Positions 34,166 through 47,153 are shown, counted from the first letter of the whole stretch. The stretch is 63,118 nucleotides of DNA, filler included, from Asterionella formosa (GCA_002256025.1; 13 parts of 13 records of this genome joined end to end with filler, not necessarily neighbours in it); one strand, 5' to 3'. The notes: generated by a model from the sequence alone, not told the origin. Program-made: numbers and translations.

Positions 34166-37100
34166 AATATAAAATTTAATTGACATTTATCTGGTATTTA
34201 TATTAGCACCAGCAGGTATGGAGGTATAGAAGTTCTATCAGGTAGCTACTGTATCTGCTGTTGTGATTATCAATTGCGTTATCCCAGAAAAGATATGATA
34301 TGAGTACACCATTCCGATTTTTTGCATGGAAATAAATGCCATGAAATCACTTTTTTCTTTCTCCAGATATCTAGTTTGCCGTTCCATGGATCAGGAGCCC
34401 TAATGTTCTTATTATTAAAAAAAGTCGGAGTTGGATTGGACAGTATCACCCGCCTTCTTAAGCATGAGTTCCAATTGTGGTAAGGTGAATTCGGAGGAGG
34501 AGACATTTTCATAACTCACTACCATCTGACGCTCGCGGATCCAATCGCTAAATGCATACTATGCCATGATAGTTTACCTGCTGATACTAGCTTTGTAGCT
34601 GGTGTAAAGCATGACAGGACGGTATAGTCATCCAAGGGTCTTAGGCTTGTAGCTGTATCAATATCTTCCTCAATCAGGCGCTTTGCCTGTTGTTGTGTCA
34701 ACTATCGTATACCAGTGAGTGTTGCTTGAAAAGCTTCATGTTCAGGAGGGTATCCATACTGCTCCAGTTCATCAATCGCCAGCATGATGGTGAGGTCCAG
34801 TATAGGAGGCTGAGTGAATTTTCGAGGTTGATTCCTTCAATGAAGGTGCCAGGCGTCCGAATTCTCCTTTTGTTAACGACATTGAGTGTTGATAAGAGTA
34901 CCAATCGGTGCGTTCAAGCCTTGATGTAGTATATGACTCTATCGTCACAAAAATAATGTCTGATGCCATTGTTGTGAGTACACCTTTCAGGTGATTGGAA
35001 AACGGATGATACAAACAAACAGGAGGTCCACAATGTCGAATCAAGTAAACAAGAGCATGGGTTTGATAAACGATGTAAATCTCGAATTGTAACAATAGAT
35101 GTTATAATCGAGCACCCGAAAAGACGATTTAGAAAACAAACGATAAAAAAGAGAGCATAAAAGTAATAATTGTGAAGTAAAATAAAACACAATCTGTTCA
35201 TCAGTATTTGCCAGTATCCATTGAATTACATGTATACTATATATATATAAATAATGAAGGTATACATGTTATAAATGTATAACCAAAAGACTGCTCATAA
35301 CGGCTCATGGTATCACTTGTCAAGAATTTAACAAATCCTCGGCCTTTACATCTGTTGATGGTATCCCACCATAATTTGCCCAAGTCATTCCTCTACTTGA
35401 GCAGTAAATGATGCTAAGTCGACTCATCTTTTTATCGTGTGATTGTATGATCTTGTTCTCAAAGGTATAGGCAGATCATTACTACCGAAGTCAATTCCAA
35501 ACATATAGCAAATGATCAACCTAAAAAATGACAGCTGGTCTATATCAAGTTGAAGGTCCTGTCAAATCCCATCAACTTCTTGTGATCTAAAGGGTATCCA
35601 AAATCATCGTCTACCCTAATGAGGAAGTTTCTTGATGTTGTATGGTTGTGGCCATCAGCAGCTAAATAACAGCCAACAAAACGTGATATTCACAGCAACT
35701 TTGGTTGTGAGGTGAATTGTTGAGGGAATCATCACCAAATCTATAAAAACAGTCTGTACACTCAATAAACTTTGGCATGATAATGCTAGGCATGCCAGAG
35801 CAACAATCACATCATGAAGGCTGGAGCAACAGTGTAAGTTGGATGTTATTGGACAAACAATCAAGTCATTGGTATCAATTCTTTGCTGGCTGGTCTACAG
35901 TTTTGAACACAGTTTGCCACAGCTCACCTTTGTCATTGCTAGGTACGGTTGTGCTCATTTGTATGAAGCGACGATTCCTTATCATAGCAATCCACCGAAG
36001 TCCATGCTGTCTCGTCAATCTCTGAAATACTAGCTATTACGCAGCAAAATTGTAAGTGAACTTTGGGTTGTAGCTAGTATGCTGTGACAGTTGCATGTTG
36101 GTAATGCGACCACCACTCTAACATCTCATTGCATGTATGCATGAAAATGTTCGTTTGATTATCTAGTCATCTGATTTATTCTGTTTACCATCCATGCCTA
36201 GTATAGAGTCATACTTCTTTGTTTTCATCGCCAATTCAAGCCCAATTGATTGCCAGATATCATCAATTAACCACCCTGTTTTTATTGCTAGAAAAATCCC
36301 TTCGAATGTGTTTGTCTATTAATTACCGACTTTTTTCAAGTTTTTAAACTCTGGCGCATTTTGATTGTTGAATTGACTAAAGCTTTCTGGATTCTCTATC
36401 ACAATGTCATGCAAATTTGTCACTGAGGGTCCACCATTTGTTACAAGCTGATAAGCAGGTCAGGTTGTTAAAAATTCATACAAATAACATGATTCATTGA
36501 TAGATTTAAGAGATAATTGAACTCACTCCATAAGCCTATCATTGAGGCTTCATGAGCAATGCAAGGAGTGCATGAAGCTAAACTCACAATGTGCAAGCTT
36601 ATTCAAACTAGCTAGCAGTATGGATAAATCAACTACTAAAGACTTAAGACTACAATGTTAACATCGAAACTATGATTTAAAATTTTTGATGCTAATGAAT
36701 TGAACAAGGGAATTAATTTGTTTCAAGCAGCCAACCGTAGAATCATGCCATTGTTCAATGTTGTCAACAATTTTCGACAGAACAAGTAGTACTGACATTT
36801 CTAATAGCTAGCTATTAAATATTCATGAATCATTTCATCTACATTCTATGATTTCGTTGAGGTTGAATGAAGTGATGGTGAGTCGTAATTGATTGTGTGC
36901 ATCAAACATAAGGACAATAACTTTGTCCCCCTGCAACATATTATTTTAGGAACAAGTAGTCTTTACAAAAAACCTTCCACTTCTACAATCTAGAACAGCC
37001 TCCAGAGTCTACTTTATCCAGACTCATTGCAAGAGCTGTTGACAGTACTATTACCCTATAAAAAGTTTGACGGTGCCTCAGTCTGCAGGTGTAAGTTGAA

Positions 37101-37350
37101 TAACAGTAATGATCTCAGTAAAGTGGAATATTTGACATTTATACTGACCACTTCATCAATTTAATTATGAAAACAAACCATCAATTTATGTATTACACAG
37201 ATTGACACTACCATTGCCATTGGCGCCCGTTGTTATTGGAGGTGGTGTTGTGATGATTCAATGACAAATGTTATGCATCCTTTAAAATATAAAATAAAGC
37301 CATGACTGTGGCAAATGATATTGCAAAATGAATGAAAAAGGAACTCATGG

Positions 37351-37781
37351 TCAAGTTTCTTGCAAATACAGACAATGAATGATTTTGAATAGAAGCATGA
37401 TTGCGACTATTCCACTCACTTTGGCAATCACAACCTTGTTGTCAGTAATACAATCAAAGTTCCTAAGTGCTTCATGACCCTTTTCTTGAACACCAGCATT
37501 CAAAGAATGATTCTTCAGAGCAGCCTGAATTGCAGTGATACCTCCTGCTGCAGCTATCCTCACCCTGATGTAGTCATTCACAGCCAAGTTGCTAAGTGCT
37601 CCACAACCATAGTATTGCACATAGGCATTGGATGAAAAACTCTTCATAGCAAACAGAATCATATTGGAAACTCCTGCTGCAACCATCAACACCTTGTTGT
37701 TCTTATTCAAAGCCAAGTTCCCAAGTGCACCACAGCCATAGTGATGAACATTAGCATTGGATGAATAATTCTTCATAGCAG
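37351..37781 (-). CDS. Armadillo-repeat protein C-terminus (aardvark-like), 5'-partial; possibly decaying
   Basis: Three ~42-aa ARM units (MK.YSSNANV..YGCGALGNLA.N..NK...AAG...I..AM); almost no CpG. Confidence 0.8.
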
Positions 37782-39047
37782 NNNNNNNNNNNNNNNNNNN
37801 NNNNNNNNNNNNNNNNNNNNNNNNNTTAATTAATTAANNNNNNNNNNNNNNNNNNNNNNNNNNNNNNNNNNNNNNNNNNNNAAAATAGCCGATAGCACAT
37901 TTCTTAATAAAATTTATACATTCACAGTTCATAACAACAATGCTATCAGCAGATTCAACACTTTCACAGTTGCTGTAAAACGACTACAAAGACGACTAAA
38001 CAATAACTAATTAAGTTAAGCAAAAGATGTGAAGCAAGTTATTTATTACTATCTTAGATTTGATTGCAGGTATAAAGGCAGCAAAATGGAGTCATTGTGA
38101 GATGGGAACAAATTGTTTGCTTACCCATAAGTACCGGAAAACTATTGTATTCATTATACTATATGTACTCCTAGTCAACAGTCAAGACAGTACAGGTATA
38201 CCAAAATTATCAATCAACTCTTTTAGTACGTTAAAACTATCCAATAATCGCATTTGTGCTCAAATAAATGAATAAATGGACACAACTTGTACCGGTTTTT
38301 ATTCATTTGTACAGTACAACGGGACCTGTCTTTTCGTCAGCCGCACCCCCGGTTGCTTCAGGCTGCCCCTCTATTGCCCTGGTCATTGTTGTGTTTTCAT
38401 CATGTTTCCCTGTTTTGAAGAATGAAACTAGCATAAAACCTAGTATGTCACTAAGTGGTGATCACCATGCATACAGACATTTTTAAGTGAAGAGTGAATT
38501 GATGATGTTTTGTTTGCAAACAAACGCCAGTCCTGCATCACATTATTTATCAATTTCAGCAAAGTGACCCCAAGTTGCTGGTACTGGTACCCTGGTAGGT
38601 TCATGATGCCCAACAAGTTGTGGTATTTATGCTGAAACTAAAAGTTTAGAAATTGTTATCCCATATTTAATTGTTTGTGTAAGGTTATGGCCCCGGCTTA
38701 ACCCTAGTTCGGAGAAAATATCGCAAGGGTTGTAAAAACGGCGTGGAACAGGGAGTTTCCTACTATTAATTCTCATGATTCGAGTGTCCATTTGAAAGTT
38801 TGATTTAAATAAGAATCGGGGACAGATTGATAGAGTTCCATTTTAAAAAAATATGATATTTAAAGTCAACGTTTATACTTTTTCTACATTGCTGTATGGA
38901 GACTTAATTTTGCTCAATGCCAAAACACATAAATAAATTAGGAGTATNNNNNNNNNNNNNNNNNNNNNNNNNNNNNNNNNNNNNNNNNNNNTTAATTAAT
39001 TAANNNNNNNNNNNNNNNNNNNNNNNNNNNNNNNNNNNNNNNNNNNN

Positions 39048-39590
39048 GTTAGGTTTTGGCGTCACTGGTGCCCAGGTAGGTTTTGGCGTCGCTGGTGCCC
39101 AGGTAGGTTTTAGCGTCGCTGGTGCCCAGGTAGGTTTTAGAGTCACTGGTGCCCAGGTAGGTTTTAGAGTCACTGGTGCCCAGGTAGGTCTTGGAGTCAC
39201 TGGTGGCCTGGTAGGTCTTGAGGTTGTTGGTGCTTTGGTTGTTGGCATCTCATCTTCCAATGCAATTCGTTTTATCACGGATGAAAATGCATCTTGAGTT
39301 TTACCGGCAGGTGATGTTACTTGTGTTTCGTTAGGTGACAACTTTTCCTCTTCATCCACTTTGTCATGCACCCCTTCATGGGATGGAACTGTGTTGGGTG
39401 AATCTGTTGAAGGTAAACTACGGACTGACAAACTAGACGTAGTAGCACCCATGAAAACCCCAATCCCATGAGGAAGGGGGTTCCAATCTGCAAGACTGGA
39501 GTTGTGAAGGCCAGGCAGGAAACTTCGGAAGTTCAATTCGGCTGCAGCGCCTGAAGCAAAGATGAGAAGGCATGATAGAAGCAAATTCAT
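39048..39590 (-). CDS. Secreted Pro/Thr-rich protein with 9-aa tandem repeats (PTWAPVTLK), 3'-partial
   Basis: Signal peptide MNLLLSCLLIFASGAAA; 27-nt tandem units at ~39048-39220 running into the contig end. Confidence 0.75.
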
Positions 39591-40213
39591 TTTCACTTTG
39601 CAATGGATTGGCAATACCATATATTTTATGTTAGAGAAAGAAACCTCTTCAAAAATTTAAGAAGTGAAAATTAAATTTGTTTTTAAAATTTGAGTGAAGA
39701 ATGTAACTGATACGGGCACATCTTCCTTTTTGGCATCTTTTTGACGTTGTCGATTTCCTAAGAGGTCGCTCGATTGACTTTTATGTATGTCGGGCACTCT
39801 ACCCTATATACAGAATTTCTATTTGTCATGTTAGCAGGTATTCCTACTCCGTAATTAAATAGGTGCACATCTTTGTTGAGGGGAACCTTATCGTGAATAA
39901 AGGTGAACTACAATATTATGACTATTCTATTGCTGTTCCAAGTACATCGTTGTCAGCACTCACGCATGTACCTAATCTGGTGGCTGCGCCGGTATGGTTC
40001 GTACGGCGCATGTATGGAGCATCATATGCAGATATTAACACACCCTCACCAACAGATGCAGGCAGAAGAACAGGAGCGGGGATGGAGATGCTATCAGCAT
40101 CGGAAGCCAAGCANNNNNNNNNNNNNNNNNNNNNNNNNNNNNNNNNNNNNNNNNNNNTTAATTAATTAANNNNNNNNNNNNNNNNNNNNNNNNNNNNNNN
40201 NNNNNNNNNNNNN

Positions 40214-41282
40214 AGCAGTTCAACGAATACTGCGTGCATTCCCATTCACCGCCAATCGATTTGCCTCAGCATCCAAATGCAATGCATTGGACCTAAAATG
40301 CGAAATCTGCCAATACTCTAAAGGACACCGTTGTTCAACAAATTCTTCCACAATCACTGCAAATCCTGAACGAACTGGTGCACTGACAGCTGAACATCTT
40401 GGACCTGGTGTTAGAGTTTCCATTGATCACTTTGAATCTCGCCTTCCAGCTAGGACGCACCTTTGACTCCTATGGAAAACCATCAACAGACACCTACAAA
40501 GGGGGCTGCATATTTGTGGATCATGGCACCGGATACATTCAGGTGGAGCACCAATTGGAATTCTCTGCTGTTGAAACCATCAGAGCAAAACAAAAGTATG
40601 AGCAACAAGCAATGGACAATGGTGTCATTATACAATCCTATCTCACTGACAGTGGAGCATTCAAAGCATACTCTCTTGTTCAACATATTCGAGAACATAC
40701 TCAGCTTCTTCAATACTGTGGAACAAATGCACACTATCAAAATGGTGTAGCAGAACGGGCTATTAGTACAGTATCTGACATGGCACGCTCAATGATTCTC
40801 CATGCTTCCAGTCATTGGAAAGGAGGGATTGACAGCACACTTTGGCCTATGGCAGTTACTTACGCGGTGCACCTTTATAATCATACCCCAAATAATCATT
40901 CCCTTTGCCAAGCTGATCTCTACACTGGAAGCACAATTCCCAGAAATCGACTGAGAGATCTTCACACTTGGGGATGTCCAGGAGTGTATGTTCTTGACCC
41001 AACTCTTCAGTCAGGGAAGAAATTACCTAGATGGCAACCACGATCACGACGAGGTGTGTTCCTTGGATTGAGCTCCATTCACTCCAGCGAAGTCCCTTTG
41101 GTCCTTAATTTGCAAACTGGGAGTATTACCACTCAATATCATGTGGTTTTTGACGACATTTTCTCCACAGTGGCGTCAATTGGAAAAGATGAAGACCCTC
41201 CTGAATACTGGGACGATTTGTGTCTAGAAAATACAACCTACATACCGAACAATTCAAACACTAACACACCAATGCATCTTCA
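40214..41282 (+). mobile_element. Ty1/copia (CoDi-type) integrase fragment with one frameshift near 40445
   Basis: CEIC zinc finger, VSIDHFES, GGCIFVDH, YLTDSGAF, AHYQNGVAERAI, LWPMAV.YAV..YN, WGCP.VYVLDP.LQ.G.K.PRW.PRSRRG and QYHVVFDD.F. Confidence 0.92.
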
Positions 41283-41382
41283 NNNNNNNNNNNNNNNNNN
41301 NNNNNNNNNNNNNNNNNNNNNNNNNNTTAATTAATTAANNNNNNNNNNNNNNNNNNNNNNNNNNNNNNNNNNNNNNNNNNNN

Positions 41383-41795
41383 ATGACTCCACCATGGCAA
41401 TTTGGTCATCGATCTATGATCAGATTGAAACAGTTTACAGGGATACAGGCAAAAAAGTAGTTGTGGATTCAGCATTTGCATCTAAAAAATCAAATGCAAT
41501 GTTGAAATCGCATCAAAACAATGTTGATGCAAATGGTAATCCTCGACAAAGATTTGGTATGAATCGCCAAGCCACCTCCATCCGACAGCTGTCGGAATGG
41601 GGAATGCGATGCATTCAGGGATCATTTCCGAGAATCAAAGAAAAATTTCGTTATGAAGAAAAAGGTGAGAGAAAATCAATTCTCCAAATGATTGTATTGC
41701 TCTACAACTTTCGTGCTAGCAAAGTTGGTCAGAACCAAATTGCTTCAGTGTATATGCCCTATTTGCATTGGAATGCAAATAGATATGCCATGTAA
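41383..41795 (+). mobile_element. PIF/Harbinger transposase (DDE_Tnp_4) C-terminal half
   Basis: (H)DST, VVVDSAF, NRQATSIRQLSEWGMRCIQGSFPRIK and VLLYNF motifs. Confidence 0.85.
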
Positions 41796-41869
41796 TTCAA
41801 AGAAATTATTCCTTCATGATTATTTAGCACCACTTCTTTCACATTATATTAGAATGAATTAATTTAAGG

Positions 41870-42448
41870 TTATTCATCATCACTACTACTGCTACCACTG
41901 TTGTTTTTTGGTGTTTGACATTGAGTTGAGGCAGACAAAGTTTGTTGTGCATTGGCACCTGCTGTCGAGGTTAGATTTTGGCTTTGAATTGTTTGCTGCA
42001 TTGAAATCATGTTTGAAGCTATAATTGAATTCATAATTGCATGAGTGTGATTGGCACTGTCAGTGAAGGTGGTTGTTTGAGATACCCCATGCTGATTCAA
42101 CAATGATGCCATGATTGACATCATCATCATGTTCATCATGTTCTGTTGCTGCAGTTGTTGCTGCTGCTGCAGGTTATCAGTATAGTTCGAGTAGCCTTGT
42201 GAAGCAACTGTGTCGAAAGAAGAGAAAGCTTTTTTTCAACAGGCCCAGTATTGTTTGACACTGCCTTATCTCTAAATCGAGGGGACACCATAGGTCAAGG
42301 AAATCTTGAACCAGAAACATTAGCATAAGCGGCAGATGTTGCTCCACCATTGTCTTCACTCTCCCCACCAGAAATCGCTATAAAATCATCATCAACATTT
42401 GGCTCATCAATATTGGGCTCATTGGGCTCTCTCTCTATTCCAAGATCA
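41870..42448 (-). pseudogene. Convergent second ORF of the Harbinger element (acidic, then Q/M/N-rich), disrupted and 5'-partial
   Basis: Stop lies 75 bp from the transposase stop, in the convergent orientation usual for Harbinger ORF pairs; an internal stop and a frameshift are present. Confidence 0.5.
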
Positions 42449-42764
42449 NNNNNNNNNNNNNNNNNNNNNNNNNNNNNNNNNNNNNNNNNNNNTTAATTAA
42501 TTAANNNNNNNNNNNNNNNNNNNNNNNNNNNNNNNNNNNNNNNNNNNNATAAAATTAAAACAAGAACTGCTAATTGGAAATCAATAGATCAGTTCTACCG
42601 TTAGTTCTTGTTCTAGGCACATCAGCTGAGCGACAGAAGTAAATCTCGATGAAATATAAACCTATACTTAAAATATTATTGTATCCCCAATCCTAGCTCG
42701 TTTCTCGTCTCTTGGTTATCATCAATTGTATGCACACACAGTAGTTAGATTCACAACAAAATGG

Positions 42765-43799
42765 TTAGAGTTGACTGAGCTTGTCCCACGCGACCTGCCC
42801 AATAGCTGCATCTTGAGCTCCCGTTCCAGTCAAGTCCACCACAATGATCTCATTGCCTTCACGTCCTGGTTTGGTGCCATTCACGATCTCTCCCAATTCG
42901 GCATAAACATCATCTAGAGTCATGACACCAGCTTGAATCGCTCCTCGCAGCTCCCCGACCTTGCTCGTCTGCTTGGTCAAGTCAGAAATGTACTTGCTCG
43001 CCTTGAGAACATCATTCGGGATCTCCTGCTTGGTAGATTGATCACTTCCCGACGCAATAATTGTGACGCCCTTGGGATTCAACCACTCTTTCTCCAAAAC
43101 TAACTTTGATCCAGGTGTTTGTGTGAAAATAATGTCCGATTTGCCACACAACTCTTGAGCAGTCGACGCAACAGTAAAGGGCATACCAAGTTCTGCCTCC
43201 ATTTCCTTGCAAAACTCCTCAGCTCCCGCCAATCCAAAGGCAATTCCCTGAATGGGCCGGACAGCAGCCGCTGCTCTAGCCATGACTTTGGCAATGGCTC
43301 CACATCCAATAAAGCCCACAACATTTTGGTCAGGAGTCGTTGTGTGCTTCATAGAAACAGCACCCGCCGCACCGGTTCTCAAGTCTGTCATGAATCGATT
43401 CTCTTGAAAGACCCCCAGTGGGGCACCGGTTACAGCATTGACGACAACGAAAATGCCAGATCCTGGAGGCAGGCCCTTTTCAATATTCTTATAAAATGAC
43501 ACGCAGGCCAATTTGACAGTAAAGGTGGGAGTTCCGGATATGTACCCACCCTTGATATGGCAATCTCCAGGTCCAGCATTTGACGACTCGTCAATGCCAA
43601 TGTGCATGGGCATCGGAACGTCCACCTTGCCCTTGGCGAGGGCAGAAAAGGCAGCTTCAACAGCATCAATGGCGTCAGCGACAGTCAATTTCGATGTCAC
43701 AGTGGCATAATCGAAGAGTCTGGGAGCTGGAAAGGCTGAGAAGCTGCGAGCAGCTCGTCGAGCTGTCGAAGTGCTAGTACGAGCGAGTGAAGACAACAT
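42765..43799 (-). CDS. OCD: Ornithine cyclodeaminase / mu-crystallin family protein with mitochondrial presequence
   Basis: GDCHIKGG, TDLRTGAAGAV, GFIGCGAIA, GELRGA, AELGEIVNG and VVDLTGTGAQD; R/S/T/A-rich N-terminus MLSSLARTSTSTARRAARSFS. Confidence 0.92.
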   Translation of the reverse strand: MLSSLARTSTSTARRAARSFSAFPAPRLFDYATVTSKLTVADAIDAVEAAFSALAKGKVDVPMPMHIGIDESSNAGPGDCHIKGGYISGTPTFTVKLACVSFYKNIEKGLPPGSGIFVVVNAVTGAPLGVFQENRFMTDLRTGAAGAVSMKHTTTPDQNVVGFIGCGAIAKVMARAAAAVRPIQGIAFGLAGAEEFCKEMEAELGMPFTVASTAQELCGKSDIIFTQTPGSKLVLEKEWLNPKGVTIIASGSDQSTKQEIPNDVLKASKYISDLTKQTSKVGELRGAIQAGVMTLDDVYAELGEIVNGTKPGREGNEIIVVDLTGTGAQDAAIGQVAWDKLSQL

Positions 43800-44127
43800 G
43801 GTGAATGAGGGAAATGGTAATGTCAAGTAATACTCCTCGTCTTGCCGAACGAGAATAGTGAGAACATCAAATCAAGATTCAACGATGAAATTCGTACAAA
43901 GATCCATTTTGGGTTTGAACGTCGATCAGTTGAAGCTATACATGCATACATACAGTACAGTACCTGGTACAAAGAGTATAAGTACCACGTACATATTTTC
44001 CTACTGTGATGCATGTATTGCATGTACTGTTTGTACATAGATCTATGCATCGTGATGTCATTACATGTGTACAAATGAAGCATTTTTGTACCTGTATATA
44101 TGTTGCGTGTTAACTCCTATTTGACCG

Positions 44128-44158
44128 ACGTCACTACATGGAACGTCAGCGGCTGACG
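44128..44158. promoter_or_regulatory. Candidate bZIP/aureochrome-type TGACGT boxes upstream of OCD
   Basis: ACGTCA at 44128 and 44143 plus near-palindrome CGTCAGCGGCTGACG, ~330 bp upstream of the ATG. Confidence 0.3.
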
Positions 44159-45304
44159 AGTTTTTGCTTCCGCCGCTAACATTACGCATACAACTGGTAT
44201 ATGCACGTATGATTACTGCTAGCTGCTATGCTTGAATATAAAACTTGTGCATATATTAGTACCGGGTAGTCCGAAATGGTGGGTGTGTGATCGATCGTCT
44301 GCTGTCGTTTGCGATCCAGAAGTAAGCACCACGAACCCCCGTTTTCCTGCCTTACAAAAGTTGCATTATGTACATACGCACGGTGTGGTTTGTATGTAAC
44401 GTTGGTGCATGTATGTACCAGGTACCGTACCCACAAAGCACTGAGCCACATCATGGGAAACCACAGCCAAACAAACAAGGGCATTTTGTTGAGTGATGAT
44501 AACCAAACAAAAAAATAATACTTCGTTTTATGGTGTATTATTGTAACTACTGGTATACTACTGGGATAGGATTGATTGAGTGGCACCCCTTGGCAACACA
44601 GGTAACAAGAATTAACCCTACAATAATTGTTGATGCCAACATAAATGGAGTGGAGGAGTGTGGAGAGTGTGGGATGCCCAATCTCACAAGAAAAGAGGGT
44701 AAAAAATCTTGAATGCTAAACATTTGTGCCAATCAGTGCTATACTTCCTGATATGCATACTTTGTGAATAGAAGAGTCTGGTGGCCCTATAGATTTCTTA
44801 CAAGTGTCCCTACCCTCCTTCAGGGACCTTCCTGACCAGATTTAATTTTGTTTGCACCTTTTTACTAGCACCAGCTACTCTTGATGTTGTATGTTTTGTC
44901 TTGGTTGTGGGTCTTGGTTATGAAAAATATTGAAAATAGATAATTGTCCCTGTGCTGCAAGCTTTGTTGAGGCCGCATACAGGCCAAGTCTTCCATTTCC
45001 ACAAATTTCTTTTTCTTGCATGATCTACTTCGAAGAAGTTACTCTCAAGATTGATGAGGAACATGTTTGCGTCCCTGGTGCAAATCAAGCTTTTTTGCCA
45101 TATAACTCCTGAATATGATTTTGAAATGCATAATTTTAATGGGAGTCGATAATCTTGTAGATATTTTTCATCCCTGTGAGTCAGATCCATACAGTGAGTC
45201 GATGCATGCAATTGTACCCACACTTGAGTGAGTGATGACATCATGGAGTGCAAGAGATAAGCTTCTTATTCATACCAACATATTCCACTAAATAGCAGCA
45301 GGCC

Positions 45305-47153
45305 TTAACTGGAACACAAAAGCAGCCCATTGATACGAAAAGAAGATCCACCAACAAGCCGAAAGCTCACATGTACTGTATCTCCCAATATGGCACCTTC
45401 ACCTACTAGATGAATCTTTTGCCAATAGTTTACACTTGTTCTGGAGTCGTGAATGCCCCCCAATATCACGCTTTGGCTCTCCTTGTAATGTGTCCCATCT
45501 TGCTTCACAACATGAGTCTGAACAGAAACAGTACTATCCTTCCATTTATTACCATATGATTTCAGGTACACGATTGTCACTGTCCGTATGTGACAATCTT
45601 TCGCTTGGACAGCAATTTCAAAGGAAGCATTTGCTGTATTCGTGATCCAGCCAGGTTTCTCTCCTCCTGCAAATTGATTTTTCCCACCTGCTGCTTCCCA
45701 TCCAGAATTGTTCAACAAGACGCTCTTAACAATGGCAGCAGCTGCGTCTTTAGAATGCACGCCAAGGCCCTTGGTATTTATCCATTTGTATTGACATGAT
45801 TTTGATTTGGAAGTTCCCGAGGAACTTTGCATTCGACACTTGGCATCATGTTCCATTTGTGAATGATTCCACTGTTGATACAATTCAGCATAGTTTGCCT
45901 TGTTTTTAAGTGGCGGCAATTGATTCAGAGTCAAATGTGCAGTCTCCTTTCCATCACCAAAAGAAGCTTCGTATTCACAAGCATCAATGAAAGAGTTGGC
46001 AAGACTGTATGTTATTGACCAAGAAACAGCCGCATGATAGATAAGACCCGGGTGACAGTTCCACCATGGATTTCCCCAGTAGCTGTTGTAAGTATCATTA
46101 TAGGAGCCCTCATCGCCCTTGATCTTTGGAATGTCGTGCATCGTAATGTCTTGGAATGCCTTCTCAAACGATATTCCCATAACATCGTACCATTGAGTGA
46201 CCATGGCTTGGGTTTGACCCAGCTCCATAAAATTTACCGTTCGAGGATTTCTCATCATTGTATCAAGGTGCGAAATGAAAACAGGCAAACCATCACAACG
46301 CATCGTTCTCACTGCCTGAACTAAATTTTGGGCGATTTCCAGTTGTTTGTCTGCCTCAAATATAAAATCATTGCGTCCAAATGCCGCAATAATGATATCA
46401 GGTGCCAACGTTGTTTCCAAAAACCCATACTCCACTATCAGTGCCCCAATATCACTGGTGGTCCCGCCCACCCCCAAATTCTGTACATGAACCACATTCT
46501 GGCCTTGAAATAACACCTTATTCAGAACCCGTTCTAGATTATTGGCCCACGCCGCCCTTCGCGAGTTTTCTGGGCTCCAAAATCGTTTTAGATTTGGGAT
46601 CGGATACGAGGAGGTCGATTCCATGCCCCATACAACAGATCCTCCCAGTGCAACGATGGAAAGCGGTGGATGTTTGGTGGGGTCCTCCAAGCGCCGACGA
46701 ATAATTTCCACCAATCGGCTCGAATCAGCGATTGGCATAGGATGGACCACCGATTTTCGCATGCGTTCCGGTGTCAAGAGCTTCATCATGTGGCCAATGC
46801 CCTCATGGATATCTGAGTTATTCGTTCGCTGTTCCCAAAGTTGATGTGCAAAGGCGACGCTGTCCTCGACAAGGTCATGTTGCAATGCTTCCCATACTTG
46901 TTTCGGACTTGGTGGATTCGAGAGGCTATGTGTGGCACTGGACGAAACGCGGAACAAAGTCAGGATGGACCGACAAATGTGGCTTGTGTTTCTTGGGATT
47001 TCGCTTCCATGCTCCAACGAGGAAACGGCATGAAACGATGTTTCATTGCATTGCTCCCTTGCTTTGTAAGTGCTTGTGATGGGAATAATGTAGTGCAAGT
47101 TCAAAGACAACAAAGCAAACGTTAGTACACCAACAATCAAGAAGGATTTAGTC
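45305..47153 (-). CDS. SGNH/GDSL-like esterase or acyltransferase with N-terminal membrane anchor, 5'-partial
   Basis: Block I IVALGGSVVWG, block II NLGVGGTTS, block III FGRND, block V HPG; hydrophobic N-terminus. Confidence 0.75.

Noticed and set aside
34270..36050. Coding-like broken minus-strand frames (possible pseudogene)
   Set aside because: Multiple stops and no family assignable by eye; needs TBLASTX.
39048..42448. Cluster of secreted gene, copia and Harbinger as a composite element
   Set aside because: Three separate contigs joined by linkers.
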